Below, one piece after another: positions 55,974 through 64,000 of a stretch of DNA of 64,000 nt (its first letter is position 1; the number at the start of each line of letters is the position of its first letter). This DNA is from Candidatus Woesearchaeota archaeon. Lineage in GTDB: Archaea; Nanobdellota; Nanobdellia; Woesearchaeales; JAHWHD01. Both the position numbers and the translations under genes were made by a program. Where the stretch lies: positions 31,873 to 95,872 of the forward strand of contig JAHWHG010000003.1 in the NCBI GenBank assembly GCA_019323515.1, written 5' to 3'. The notes under the pieces were generated by a model. It saw only the letters and a program-made list of their open reading frames with translations, ran no database searches and was not told the origin of the DNA.

Positions 55974-56180
55974 ATGGCTGTTAGGATTCAGTTTGATGAG
56001 GATAAGTGTATTGGGTGTGGTGCTTGTGCTAGCGTATGTGCTGATAATTGGGATATTGTTGAGAAGGATAATGGATATAAGGCAAAACCTAAAGCAGAAA
56101 GCTTGGATGAGCCGGGGTGCAACGCAGAAGCAGCTGATGTGTGTCCTGTTGAATGTATTAAAGTCGTTGAGATAGATTAA
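55974..56180 (+). CDS. 4Fe-4S ferredoxin.
   Basis: MAVRIQFDEDKCIGCGACASVCADNWD...CPVECI is a Pyrococcus-type single-cluster ferredoxin layout. An AAGGGGGAA ribosome-binding site lies upstream. The ORF track begins at 55929. Confidence 0.7.
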   Translation: MAVRIQFDEDKCIGCGACASVCADNWDIVEKDNGYKAKPKAESLDEPGCNAEAADVCPVECIKVVEID

Positions 56181-56243
56181 GACTTTTCTTAGGTAATCAT
56201 TAGAGTACTTTATAAATTGTTTTCAAAAGGTTTATAAATAATA

Positions 56244-56828
56244 TTGTATGGATTGGTTCTTATGGCAGAAACAAGTGTTAGGGTGAGGGCTATACTAGAA
56301 TTGTTAGGCAAGCCTAAGGAACATGTTGAAGAGATAGCAAGAGCCTTGATAAAAAAGCTGAAAGAGAGTAACGAGTTTACAGTGCATAATGAGTTTTTTT
56401 CAGATACTGAACAAAAGGAACATTTGTTCTCTTTGTTTGTTGAAATTGAGTTTGAAGCCAAGAAATTTGAAGATTTGTTTGGTTTTTGCTTTGATTATAT
56501 GCCATCTTCAATTGAAATCATAAGTCCAGAGGAGTTTAAATTAAATGCTGCTGAGCTTACAGGGTATCTTTCTGATCTTCAGGCGAAACTGCATAATACT
56601 GAGATGGTTACTAAGAAATTGAATAGTGTTGTTCTGCATCTAAGAGCTAATGTTTATTCGTTAGTTAAGAATATTGTATTGCTTCTCTTGAGGAATAATG
56701 AGTTGGATTTAGCCACGATATCTAAGCATTCAGGGATTGGTGAAACTGAATTAAATCAATTCTTGGAGAGATTAATCAAAGAAGGTACTATCAAAAAAGA
56801 AGGTGAGAAATTTTCTATTGTAAAATGA
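56244..56828 (+). CDS. Hypothetical protein with a C-terminal winged-helix, possibly an ScpA-like kleisin partner of ScpB.
   Basis: The C-terminal LDLATISKHSGIGETELNQFLERLIKEGTIKKEG is a wHTH. It lies immediately upstream of scpB with an ATGA overlap. Confidence 0.35.
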   Translation: MYGLVLMAETSVRVRAILELLGKPKEHVEEIARALIKKLKESNEFTVHNEFFSDTEQKEHLFSLFVEIEFEAKKFEDLFGFCFDYMPSSIEIISPEEFKLNAAELTGYLSDLQAKLHNTEMVTKKLNSVVLHLRANVYSLVKNIVLLLLRNNELDLATISKHSGIGETELNQFLERLIKEGTIKKEGEKFSIVK

Positions 56829-57631
56829 CTGATCTGAAACATAAGATAGAGGCATTGCTTTTTGCATCAGGAAGAAAGATGAAGGTAGATGAGATTGCAA
56901 AACTTTGTAATGCTACAAATATTGATGATGTTAAGTCATCTTTGTACCAACTTAAAGAGGAGTATGATAAAAGGGATTCTTCTCTTATGCTTTTTGAGGA
57001 AGGTAATGCATGGAAGTTGAATGTAAAAGAAAGACACCTTGATGTAGTGCATAGTATTGTCTCTGAGACTGAGCTTTCAAAATCTTTAATGGAGACTTTA
57101 GCAGTAATTGCATGGAAGTATCCTGTGTTGCAGAGTGAGGTCATACATATAAGGACGAATAAAGCTTATGATCATCTTAAAGAGTTAGAGGAAATGGGTT
57201 TTATATCAAGAAGTGTCTCAGGGAGGACTAAAAAGATTAAACTTACTGATAAGTTCTTTACTTATTTTGACCTCCCAAGTAAAGAGAGAGCTCAAGCTGT
57301 GTTTAGAAGGATTTTGCCAGATGAAATCAAGGAGAAGATAATCAGGGCAGAGAAAGAGATTATGGCCACTGAAAAGGCTATTGAAGAGGCTTTGGCTAAG
57401 AAGGTTGAACAAGCTGAGCAGGAGAAGAAAGAAGAGGAAGAGCAGAAAGCTAATGAAGAGGCTTTGAAGCAGGAACTTGAAGAGGATTCAAATATGGAAG
57501 AAAGTGAGAAAAAGAAGGTTTTGAATGAAGTGGATGTTCGAACTGAAGAATTTGTTCAAGGAGAAGTAAAGGATAATGTAGATGGCGATGAAGTTGATGA
57601 TGAAGATAAACCTGAAGGTGAGGAGGAATGA
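56825..57631 (+). CDS. scpB: Segregation and condensation protein B (ScpB) with an acidic C-terminal tail.
   Basis: The N-terminal IEALLFASGRKMKVDEIAKL and tandem winged-helix pattern fit ScpB. The C-terminal 100 aa is E/K-rich. Confidence 0.65.
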   Translation: MTDLKHKIEALLFASGRKMKVDEIAKLCNATNIDDVKSSLYQLKEEYDKRDSSLMLFEEGNAWKLNVKERHLDVVHSIVSETELSKSLMETLAVIAWKYPVLQSEVIHIRTNKAYDHLKELEEMGFISRSVSGRTKKIKLTDKFFTYFDLPSKERAQAVFRRILPDEIKEKIIRAEKEIMATEKAIEEALAKKVEQAEQEKKEEEEQKANEEALKQELEEDSNMEESEKKKVLNEVDVRTEEFVQGEVKDNVDGDEVDDEDKPEGEEE

Positions 57632-57777
57632 TATTTCTATTGAAATGTCCTTCCTGTAAGAATGATATGAAGTATGCTACTAATGGCTCAATTCTTGAAA
57701 AAAAGCAGAAAAAATGTGTATATTGTGGCAAGTCCTTTGCTGTTAAAAATAGTGTTATTCAAAGGATTAAAGTATAG
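57628..57777 (+). CDS. Small zinc-ribbon protein of 49 aa, not in the ORF track.
   Basis: It reads MIFLLKCPSCKNDMKYATNGSILEKKQKKCVYCGKSFAVKNSVIQRIKV, with CxxC...CxxC. Its start overlaps the scpB stop as ATGA. Confidence 0.4.
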   Translation: MIFLLKCPSCKNDMKYATNGSILEKKQKKCVYCGKSFAVKNSVIQRIKV

Positions 57778-57898
57778 GCTTTCTAATGCCTGATTTCACA
57801 AGGCTGAAACTGTAGAATTCGTAGGTTTCAGGCCCTGTAATGCCAGAATTCAATACAAACATTTATAAATAAACCTCATTTTCAATTTATTAGTTAAA

Positions 57899-60769
57899 AT
57901 GGATGAAAATAATGAAGAAATTCATGAAAATCATGATATGAACGTTGAAGACCCTTCTGAGGAAGAAAATGGGCAAAATGAGACTCCAATTGTTGTTAAA
58001 GATAGCGCTGAGCCTGTAAATGAAGATGATGAGAATCCTGTGCTGGAGAAGCTTAGTACAGAAGTTCTTGCTCTAGAAGGTTTCAAATCAAAGATGGTCA
58101 CGCCTGGAGCCAGTTTATCTGACAATTCCCCAACAAAGGAGCCTGAAAAAGAAGCTCCTGGTGCTAAAAGGGTTATGTCTCAGGTTATAGTTGATGAAAT
58201 GAAAGCTAGTTTCTTAGATTATGCCATGTCTGTTATTGTTTCAAGGGCATTGCCGGATGTAAGAGATGGTTTGAAGCCTGTTCATAGAAGGATTTTATAT
58301 GCTATGAACGAGATGGGGATGCTTCATGATAAGCCTTACAAAAAGTCAGCAAGGATTGTAGGGGAGGTGCTTGGTAAATATCATCCACATGGGGATACTG
58401 CTGTTTACGATGCTATGGTAAGGATGGCGCAAGCATTTTCTCTTAGATATACTTTGGTTGATGGTCAGGGTAATTTTGGTTCGGTTGATGGTGACTCTGC
58501 AGCAGCTATGAGGTATACTGAAGCTAGGCTTGACAAGAGAGCTGAAGAGATATTAGATGATATCAAGAAAGATACAGTTGATTTTGTTCCTAATTTTGAT
58601 GGTTCTCTTAAAGAACCCAGTGTATTACCTTCTAAGATACCTAATCTTTTGGTAAACGGTAGTTCTGGTATTGCTGTTGGGATGGCTACAAATATCCCTC
58701 CGCATAATCTTACAGAGGTTGCAGATGGTACAGTTTATCTGATCGATAATCCTGAATGTTCTGTTAAGGACCTCATGAGTTTTATCAAAGGTCCTGATTT
58801 TCCTACGGGTGCGAGGATTTATGGCAGAGGAGGAATCAAGAGTGCTTACCTGTCTGGAAGGGGTCGAATCTGTATAAGGGCAAGAGCTGAGATTGAAGAA
58901 GCTAAGAATAAGCAGAAGATCATTATAAGGGAGATACCTTACATGGTAAATAAATCCATGTTAATTGAGCAAATTGCAGATATTGTAAGGGATAAACGGA
59001 TAACCGGGATTTCTGACATAAGAGATGAATCAGATAGAGAGGGTATGAGGATTGTGGTTGAGTTGAAGTCAGGTGCTAATCCTGATATACTTCTTAATCA
59101 GCTTTACAAGCATTCAAGGTTGCAAGTTACCTTTGGTGTGATAATGTTGGCTTTAGTGGATAATGCTCCAAGGGTCTTAAACCTAAAACAGATGCTCCAG
59201 AGTTTCATTAGACACAGGCAGGTTATTGTAAGAAGGAGGACTGAATTTGATTTAAACAAAGCAAAGAAAAGGTTACATATTGTTGAGGGATTAATCGTTG
59301 CACTAGATAACATTGATCCTATGATTAAACTGATTAAGGATTCAAAAGGTGTTAATGAAGCGAAAAATGCTCTGATGACTAATTATTCTTTGACAGAAAT
59401 TCAGGCTCAGGCTATACTTGAGATGAGATTGCAGAAGTTAACAGGTCTTGAGCAGGATAAGATTAAGGAAGAGCATGCAAGTCTCTTAAAACTGATTGAA
59501 GAGTTAAGTTCTATACTTGCTTCTGAACAGAAGATACTTGATATAATTAAAAGTGAGCTTCTAGATATTAAAGAGAAATATGGTGATGAAAGAAGGACTG
59601 AGATTGTTGAGGGCCAGGGTATTGATATTGAGGTTGAGGACCTTATTGAAGAGGAGAATATGGTTGTTACAATAACTCATTCAGGTTATATAAAGAGAGT
59701 TCCATTGTCTATTTACAAGCAACAGAGAAGGGGTGGAAAAGGAATAATAGCTACAAATACTAGAGAGGAGGATTTTGTTGAGCATCTATTCACAGCTTCT
59801 ACGCATAGTTATATCTTATTCTTTACAGATAAAGGTAAAGTCTATTGGTTGAAGGTTTATAACCTTCCACAGGGTTCAAGGACTTCGTTAGGTAAAGCTA
59901 TAGTCAATCTTCTATCTCTCGATAAAGATGAGAAAATAACCACTTTTATACCTGTGAAAGAGTTTAACGATGGGCATTTTCTTTTGATGGCCACTAGGAA
60001 AGGAATAGTTAAGAAAACAAGCATTAGTGCATACAGTAGACCAAGACGTGGTGGAATCATAGCTGTTGACTTAGTTGAAGGAGATCATTTAGTTAATGTT
60101 GTGATGACTTCTGGAGAGGATCAAATAATGCTAGCAACTCAAAATGGTATGGCTGTGCGTTTTAGTGAGACTGATGTAAGGCCTGTTGGCAGGGGCGCTA
60201 AAGGAGTAAGAGGTATAAAGTTAAGGAAAGGCGATGTTGTTGTAGGTATTGTTAAGACCGACGAACAAAATTGTCTCTTAACAATTACAGAGAATGGTTA
60301 TGGAAAGAGGACAAAGATAACTGATTATAGGTTGATAAATCGCGGTGGTATTGGTGTGAGAAACATTATATGTTCTGAAAGGAATGGCAGAGTCATCGGT
60401 GTGATGGATGTTGAGGAAGGTAATGAAGTGATGCTTATATCCAAAGATGGAATAATAATAAGAATACCTGTCAATGGTGTTTCTGTTATTGGAAGAAATA
60501 CTCAGGGTGTAAGGTTGATGAAGCTCAATCCTGGTGATAAGGTTGTTGCAACTGCTAAACTTGTTGTTGAGGATGAAGATGTTGATGGGGAGGATTTTGA
60601 TGGGGTAACTGATGGTTCTGAAAGTTCTCAGAGTTCTGACCCTAATCAAATTATTGAGACCAGACGGCAAGTAGAGGTTAATGAAGAAGTTGAAGATGCA
60701 GAAGAGATTCAAGATATAGATAATTTAGAGGATAATTCAGAAGATGAAAGGCCTAGTGATTACGCATAA
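57899..60769 (+). CDS. gyrA: DNA gyrase subunit A, with an acidic N-terminal extension of about 90 aa and an acidic C-terminal tail.
   Basis: The motifs [19 protein letters not shown] and the active-site [10 protein letters not shown] are present. GyrA-box-like beta-pinwheel repeats follow. The C-terminus is [12 protein letters not shown]. Confidence 0.9.
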   Translation: MDENNEEIHENHDMNVEDPSEEENGQNETPIVVKDSAEPVNEDDENPVLEKLSTEVLALEGFKSKMVTPGASLSDNSPTKEPEKEAPGAKRVMSQVIVDEMKASFLDYAMSVIVSRALPDVRDGLKPVHRRILYAMNEMGMLHDKPYKKSARIVGEVLGKYHPHGDTAVYDAMVRMAQAFSLRYTLVDGQGNFGSVDGDSAAAMRYTEARLDKRAEEILDDIKKDTVDFVPNFDGSLKEPSVLPSKIPNLLVNGSSGIAVGMATNIPPHNLTEVADGTVYLIDNPECSVKDLMSFIKGPDFPTGARIYGRGGIKSAYLSGRGRICIRARAEIEEAKNKQKIIIREIPYMVNKSMLIEQIADIVRDKRITGISDIRDESDREGMRIVVELKSGANPDILLNQLYKHSRLQVTFGVIMLALVDNAPRVLNLKQMLQSFIRHRQVIVRRRTEFDLNKAKKRLHIVEGLIVALDNIDPMIKLIKDSKGVNEAKNALMTNYSLTEIQAQAILEMRLQKLTGLEQDKIKEEHASLLKLIEELSSILASEQKILDIIKSELLDIKEKYGDERRTEIVEGQGIDIEVEDLIEEENMVVTITHSGYIKRVPLSIYKQQRRGGKGIIATNTREEDFVEHLFTASTHSYILFFTDKGKVYWLKVYNLPQGSRTSLGKAIVNLLSLDKDEKITTFIPVKEFNDGHFLLMATRKGIVKKTSISAYSRPRRGGIIAVDLVEGDHLVNVVMTSGEDQIMLATQNGMAVRFSETDVRPVGRGAKGVRGIKLRKGDVVVGIVKTDEQNCLLTITENGYGKRTKITDYRLINRGGIGVRNIICSERNGRVIGVMDVEEGNEVMLISKDGIIIRIPVNGVSVIGRNTQGVRLMKLNPGDKVVATAKLVVEDEDVDGEDFDGVTDGSESSQSSDPNQIIETRRQVEVNEEVEDAEEIQDIDNLEDNSEDERPSDYA

Positions 60770-61841
60770 GGGTTTTGAAGATGTATGTGCTAGCGAGATT
60801 TCTGAGTTAATTAAGACTAAATGTGAAGAAGGGGATTCTGTTGTTATTTTTGACGTGAACCAAGAGGTTCAACTTTGTGATCTTTGTTATAATGTGCAAT
60901 CTGCTATCAAGGTAATGTCATTGTTGGCTGATTTTGAGTTCAGTTCTTTTGATGATATAGTTAATAAGCTTAAAGCTGTTAAAATTGCTGGCTTGCTGAA
61001 GAAAAAAAGTTTTGTTGTTAGATGCTTGAGAGAAGGCGATCATAGTTTTAATGGAAGAGATGTTGAGGCAGCTATAGGCGAGCTTGTACATGAGAAGTTT
61101 AAGGCAAAGGTTGATTTAGAGAATCCTGATATTATATTATATGTTTATATCTATGATAATCATTGTTATTTTGGTGTTGATTATTCTGGTTTTGACTTAA
61201 GCAAAAGAAGCTATAAAATATTTTCAAGCCCCAGATCCTTGAGAGGTACGATTGCTTATTGTCTTGTAAGGTTGAGTGGTTTTAACAAAAAGAAGGTTTT
61301 GATTGATCCTTTCTGTAATGATGGTACGATTGTGATTGAGACAGGGCTTTATGTATCTGGTTTTCCTGTGCATTATTATGATAGAGATAAGTTTGCTTTC
61401 CTTAAGTTGATGAAGTATGATTTTAAAGAGCCTGCAGGGATTGTTGAGGGACAGGTGAATGGTTCTGATCCTAGTCTTGCTTCTATAAGGGCGGTAAGTA
61501 AGAATTCTAAAGTAGCGGGAGTGTTTAAAGCGATTAAGACTTCAAGGGTTGATATTGAATGGCTTGATACGAAATTTGATAAGAATTCTGTTGATGTTGT
61601 GGTGACTCATCCGCCGATTCCTTCAAAGATACATAAAGAGGAAGAGATTAAGAAGATTTATCGTGAGTTTTTTTATCAGTGTGAGTTTATACTTAAGGAG
61701 AAAGGTAAGATATTTGTGATTGCAAAGAGGGTTGATCTTTTGAAGCAAGAGGGAGAGAAGCAGAGCTTTAAGGTTTGTGAAGAACGTGAAGTTATGACTG
61801 GGAGTGAAAGCTTGATTGTTTTGGGTTTTGTTAAAGCGTAA
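60744..61841 (+). CDS. THUMP-domain RNA methyltransferase-like protein (Trm14/Trm11/RlmL-like) with a degenerate catalytic motif.
   Basis: The N-terminal is THUMP-like. [17 protein letters not shown] matches the SAM-binding motif I of THUMP methyltransferases. The expected (D/N)PPY motif reads THPPIP. Confidence 0.5.
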   Translation: MKGLVITHKGFEDVCASEISELIKTKCEEGDSVVIFDVNQEVQLCDLCYNVQSAIKVMSLLADFEFSSFDDIVNKLKAVKIAGLLKKKSFVVRCLREGDHSFNGRDVEAAIGELVHEKFKAKVDLENPDIILYVYIYDNHCYFGVDYSGFDLSKRSYKIFSSPRSLRGTIAYCLVRLSGFNKKKVLIDPFCNDGTIVIETGLYVSGFPVHYYDRDKFAFLKLMKYDFKEPAGIVEGQVNGSDPSLASIRAVSKNSKVAGVFKAIKTSRVDIEWLDTKFDKNSVDVVVTHPPIPSKIHKEEEIKKIYREFFYQCEFILKEKGKIFVIAKRVDLLKQEGEKQSFKVCEEREVMTGSESLIVLGFVKA

Positions 61842-61871
61842 TCTTTATATAGGCAGCAAACTTCTATATGT

Positions 61872-62210
61872 GCAGTAGGGAGGTGGTTAACTTACGGTAA
61901 TGTTGTCTTTTTGTTTAAATACAAAAGATGACTCACTGAGGAAAGTCCGCCCACTATAAAAAAAGGCCACTTGTGGGAGCAAGCTCTGGAAACAGAGGGC
62001 AATGTCTCAGAAACGGCACGGTCTTTTGACAATGGAATGATGCTGTGAAGTTCCTGGTGACAGGGATGAGAACCAGCTGACGTCTCAAAAGAATACGTTG
62101 AAACGGTCAACCCTGGCTAGTGCAACTCGTTATGAGGCTTAGTAAAATGTTAACAGGAACCTTCCTTTAATGGGGTTCTACAGAAGGCGGCTTATAGCTT
62201 CCCTACACTT
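61872..62210 (+). ncRNA. rnpB: RNase P RNA.
   Basis: The 5' P4 strand GAGGAAAGTCCGCCC (61938-61952) and 3' P4 strand ACAGAAGGCGGCTTA (62180-62194) are universal P4 consensus. The terminal P1 pairing is GTAGGGAGG/CTTCCCTAC. The region is GC-enriched in AT-rich surroundings. Confidence 0.85.
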
Positions 62211-62268
62211 TAATTTATTAATGTGATTCAGTAAAATTTTTATATTAGGGTTTTAGGTTAATAAAAAA

Positions 62269-62448
62269 ATGTCAAGAGATAATAAGATTTCAATGCCTAC
62301 ATCTACGGCAGGGATTACTAGGTTTAGTGATGCGTCTAAAAGTAAAGTATCCTTCAAGCCTGAGTATGTGATAGTGTTTGTTATTGTTGTAGCTTTAATA
62401 ATCATACTATTGCATCTTTATGGTGCAAGATGGTTAGGTATTGCATAA
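62269..62448 (+). CDS. Preprotein translocase Sec61-beta / archaeal SecG, 59 aa, not in the ORF track.
   Basis: MSRDNKISMPTSTAGITRFSDASKSKVSFKPEYVIVFVIVVALIIILL matches the archaeal Sec-beta pattern (SAGL.RY.DE....V.P..V) with a C-terminal TM. Confidence 0.65.
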   Translation: MSRDNKISMPTSTAGITRFSDASKSKVSFKPEYVIVFVIVVALIIILLHLYGARWLGIA

Positions 62449-62482
62449 AAAGTTTTTTGAAGTTTTATTTTAAGAGGTAATA

Positions 62483-62824
62483 ATGATGCTTCCAGGAATG
62501 AATCCTAAAAAGATGCAGCAGATGATGCAGAAGATGGGTATCAAGCAAATTGATATCCCTGCGACTGAAGTCATAATAAAAACTGGTGATAAGGAATTAG
62601 TCATTACTGAGCCAAAAGTCAGTAAGGTTAATATGATGGGTCAAGAGACATTTCAGGTAGTAGGGAATGTTCATGAACGCGAGAGTGTCTCAGAACTTGT
62701 GGTGAGTGATGATGATATCCAGACTGTCGCAGACCAGGCTGGTGTTTCAATTGATAAGGCTAAAGAGGCTATAATTGCAGCGAATGGAGACTTAGCTGAG
62801 GCGATTTTGAACCTTCAAAGCTGA
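62483..62824 (+). CDS. nac: Nascent polypeptide-associated complex protein (NAC alpha homolog).
   Basis: The NAC domain is IKQIDIPATEVIIKTGDKELVITEPKVSKVNMMGQETFQVVG. The C-terminal UBA-like region is IDKAKEAIIAANGDLAEAILNL. Confidence 0.85.
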   Translation: MMLPGMNPKKMQQMMQKMGIKQIDIPATEVIIKTGDKELVITEPKVSKVNMMGQETFQVVGNVHERESVSELVVSDDDIQTVADQAGVSIDKAKEAIIAANGDLAEAILNLQS

Positions 62825-62876
62825 GATTTATAAAATCACAAGATTTTTAAAGTTCTACACTATAACATAATAAATT

Positions 62877-63368
62877 ATGGAAAAATATCAAGAGGCGCGA
62901 GATAAGGCTATAAAATATATAAAAACGGCTGATCACATGCTTTCTGTGACTTATCCGGTTGTTAAGGATACTAAGCTTTTAGTAGCAGTCATGGATAATA
63001 TTTTCCTGAGTTTAACAAGTTCAATGGCGGCAATCTTATACTTTGATAGATTGTTTAAGCAGATACCACCTTTTCATAATACCTTTGAATCAAAGCTTAA
63101 TATGTTCAAAGAGAAGTCAATGCATCTGCATGGCCTTGATGAAAGTTTTATTAGGCTGATGATGGATATAAAGGAGATTATTGTTCAGCATAAGGAAAGT
63201 CCAATGGAATTTTCAAGGAACGATAAATTCGTCATATGCAATAAGGATTATAAGATGCGAACTCTCACTACAGTTCAGATGAAGGAGTATATTGCAAAGA
63301 CTAAAGTCTTTGTAAGTAAGATGAATGAGGTTGTGAATAAATATGAAGGAATATTTAAAAGACGCTAA
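62877..63368 (+). CDS. Hypothetical protein, tandem paralog of the 63343 ORF.
   Basis: The N-terminal MEKYQEARDKAIKYIKTADHMLSVTYP parallels MKEYLKDAKEELKRVDHLIFVSLKY in the neighbour. Confidence 0.35.
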   Translation: MEKYQEARDKAIKYIKTADHMLSVTYPVVKDTKLLVAVMDNIFLSLTSSMAAILYFDRLFKQIPPFHNTFESKLNMFKEKSMHLHGLDESFIRLMMDIKEIIVQHKESPMEFSRNDKFVICNKDYKMRTLTTVQMKEYIAKTKVFVSKMNEVVNKYEGIFKRR

Positions 63369-63795
63369 AGAAGAATTGAAAAGAGTTGATCATTTAATCT
63401 TTGTCAGTCTAAAGTATACAAGGACTGTAGATGTTATTAGAAGCATTATTGATAGACTTATCAATGCATGTGATTTTATTGTTGACCAAACATTAGACTA
63501 TGCAAAAAAAGATAAGAAAATTGACGAAATACCTAAACTTCCTGGTCCTAAGTGTGATATTGTGAAAGAGGTATATTCTGATGATAAGGAACTTAATCAG
63601 TTTATTGATTTTTATCTGATGTTAAGGAAGATTATGAGGTTAGAATATACAAGAAATATTGAGTACAGGCGACATGTTTATATGGGAATTAACCTTGATG
63701 GAGAAGAGTTGAGGATTAATATTGATATTATGCAAGAGTATTATGATAAGATTAAAAATTATTTTAATTATGTGAATAACCTGAAAGAGGATTAA
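63343..63795 (+). CDS. Hypothetical protein, tandem paralog of the 62877 ORF.
   Basis: See the 62877 ORF. The two genes overlap by 26 nt. Confidence 0.35.
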   Translation: MKEYLKDAKEELKRVDHLIFVSLKYTRTVDVIRSIIDRLINACDFIVDQTLDYAKKDKKIDEIPKLPGPKCDIVKEVYSDDKELNQFIDFYLMLRKIMRLEYTRNIEYRRHVYMGINLDGEELRINIDIMQEYYDKIKNYFNYVNNLKED

Positions 63796-64000
63796 GATGG
63801 TAGAACTAAAAAAGAGGTTGAAGCAAAAGGGTTGGCCAGAGGATATTGCAAAGAAGACTGAGGAGATTTTAAGTTCTCCAGAGAAAAAAGAGAAGCATGT
63901 TATGTTCGGTAAGACTATGTCTGGTTATATGTTTTGGCTTGGGCTTATAGTATTGACACTTTGCATGCTTGGGATAGCTTTTTTCTTGATTCCATTCTTT
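63796..64000 (+). CDS. Hypothetical membrane protein, 3'-truncated by the window edge.
   Basis: The ORF MVELKKRLKQKGWPEDIAKK... is followed by the TM YMFWLGLIVLTLCMLGIAFFLIPF and runs off the end. Confidence 0.3.

Noticed and set aside
57450-60712. Minus-strand ORFs 57450..57731, 57931..58125, 59104..59313, 59857..60060 and 60278..60712.
   Set aside because: They are antisense to scpB, the zinc-ribbon gene and gyrA.
61892-62110. 72-aa minus-strand ORF.
   Set aside because: It lies entirely inside the RNase P RNA gene, and its reading frame is an artefact of the GC-rich structured RNA.
1-64000. CRISPR arrays, rRNA genes, integrases, transposases and prophage modules.
   Set aside because: I saw no regularly spaced direct repeats, no rRNA-like conserved blocks, and no integrase or transposase signatures in any long ORF.

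Overview
This AT-rich window is densely coding and shows Shine-Dalgarno use, tight operon-style gene overlaps and archaeal informational genes. It is most consistent with a small-genome, DPANN-like archaeon. Core genes I can recognise are RadA, RadB, PCNA, an RPA-like ssDNA-binding protein, GyrA, ScpB, ribosomal uS2, NAC, Sec61-beta, MBF1, RNase P RNA, a beta-CASP RNase, and a compact pyrE-pyrF-pyrD-pyrK-pyrC pyrimidine operon. I see three accessory regions. The first (1..19300) is a surface island. It has two giant adhesin-like proteins, one with Ig-like DxAGN modules and the other with thrombospondin-type-3 Ca-binding repeats plus a long K-rich cytoplasmic tail. These are followed by about 16 consecutive genes whose products all begin with an archaeal class-III (type IV pilin-like) signal of the KKGQ/KRGQ plus hydrophobic-helix type. 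Embedded in the island are a Sec-secreted HExxH metzincin-like protease, a Cys-rich anchored protein, and an inverted lipase-like lipoprotein module. No pilus ATPase, platform protein or prepilin peptidase lies in the window. The second (26.5-33.4 kb) is a glycosylation cluster with three ArnT/PMT-like GT-C paralogs, a Dol-P-sugar-synthase-like GT2, a processive QxxRW GT2 and a CPKC thioredoxin-fold protein. The third is a set of other secreted or surface proteins: a lamin-tail-domain protein, an 883-aa secreted protein, and an RR-signal HExxH peptidase. Two RNA genes are missed by the ORF track. One is an RNase P RNA at about 61872-62210. The other is a 205-nt GC-rich element at 50727-50931 that I read on the minus strand as a multi-intron tRNA, probably Leu(UAA). 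I also find three unannotated small proteins: Sec61-beta, a zinc-ribbon peptide and two mini-pilins. I did not see a CRISPR array, rRNA or obvious mobile element.
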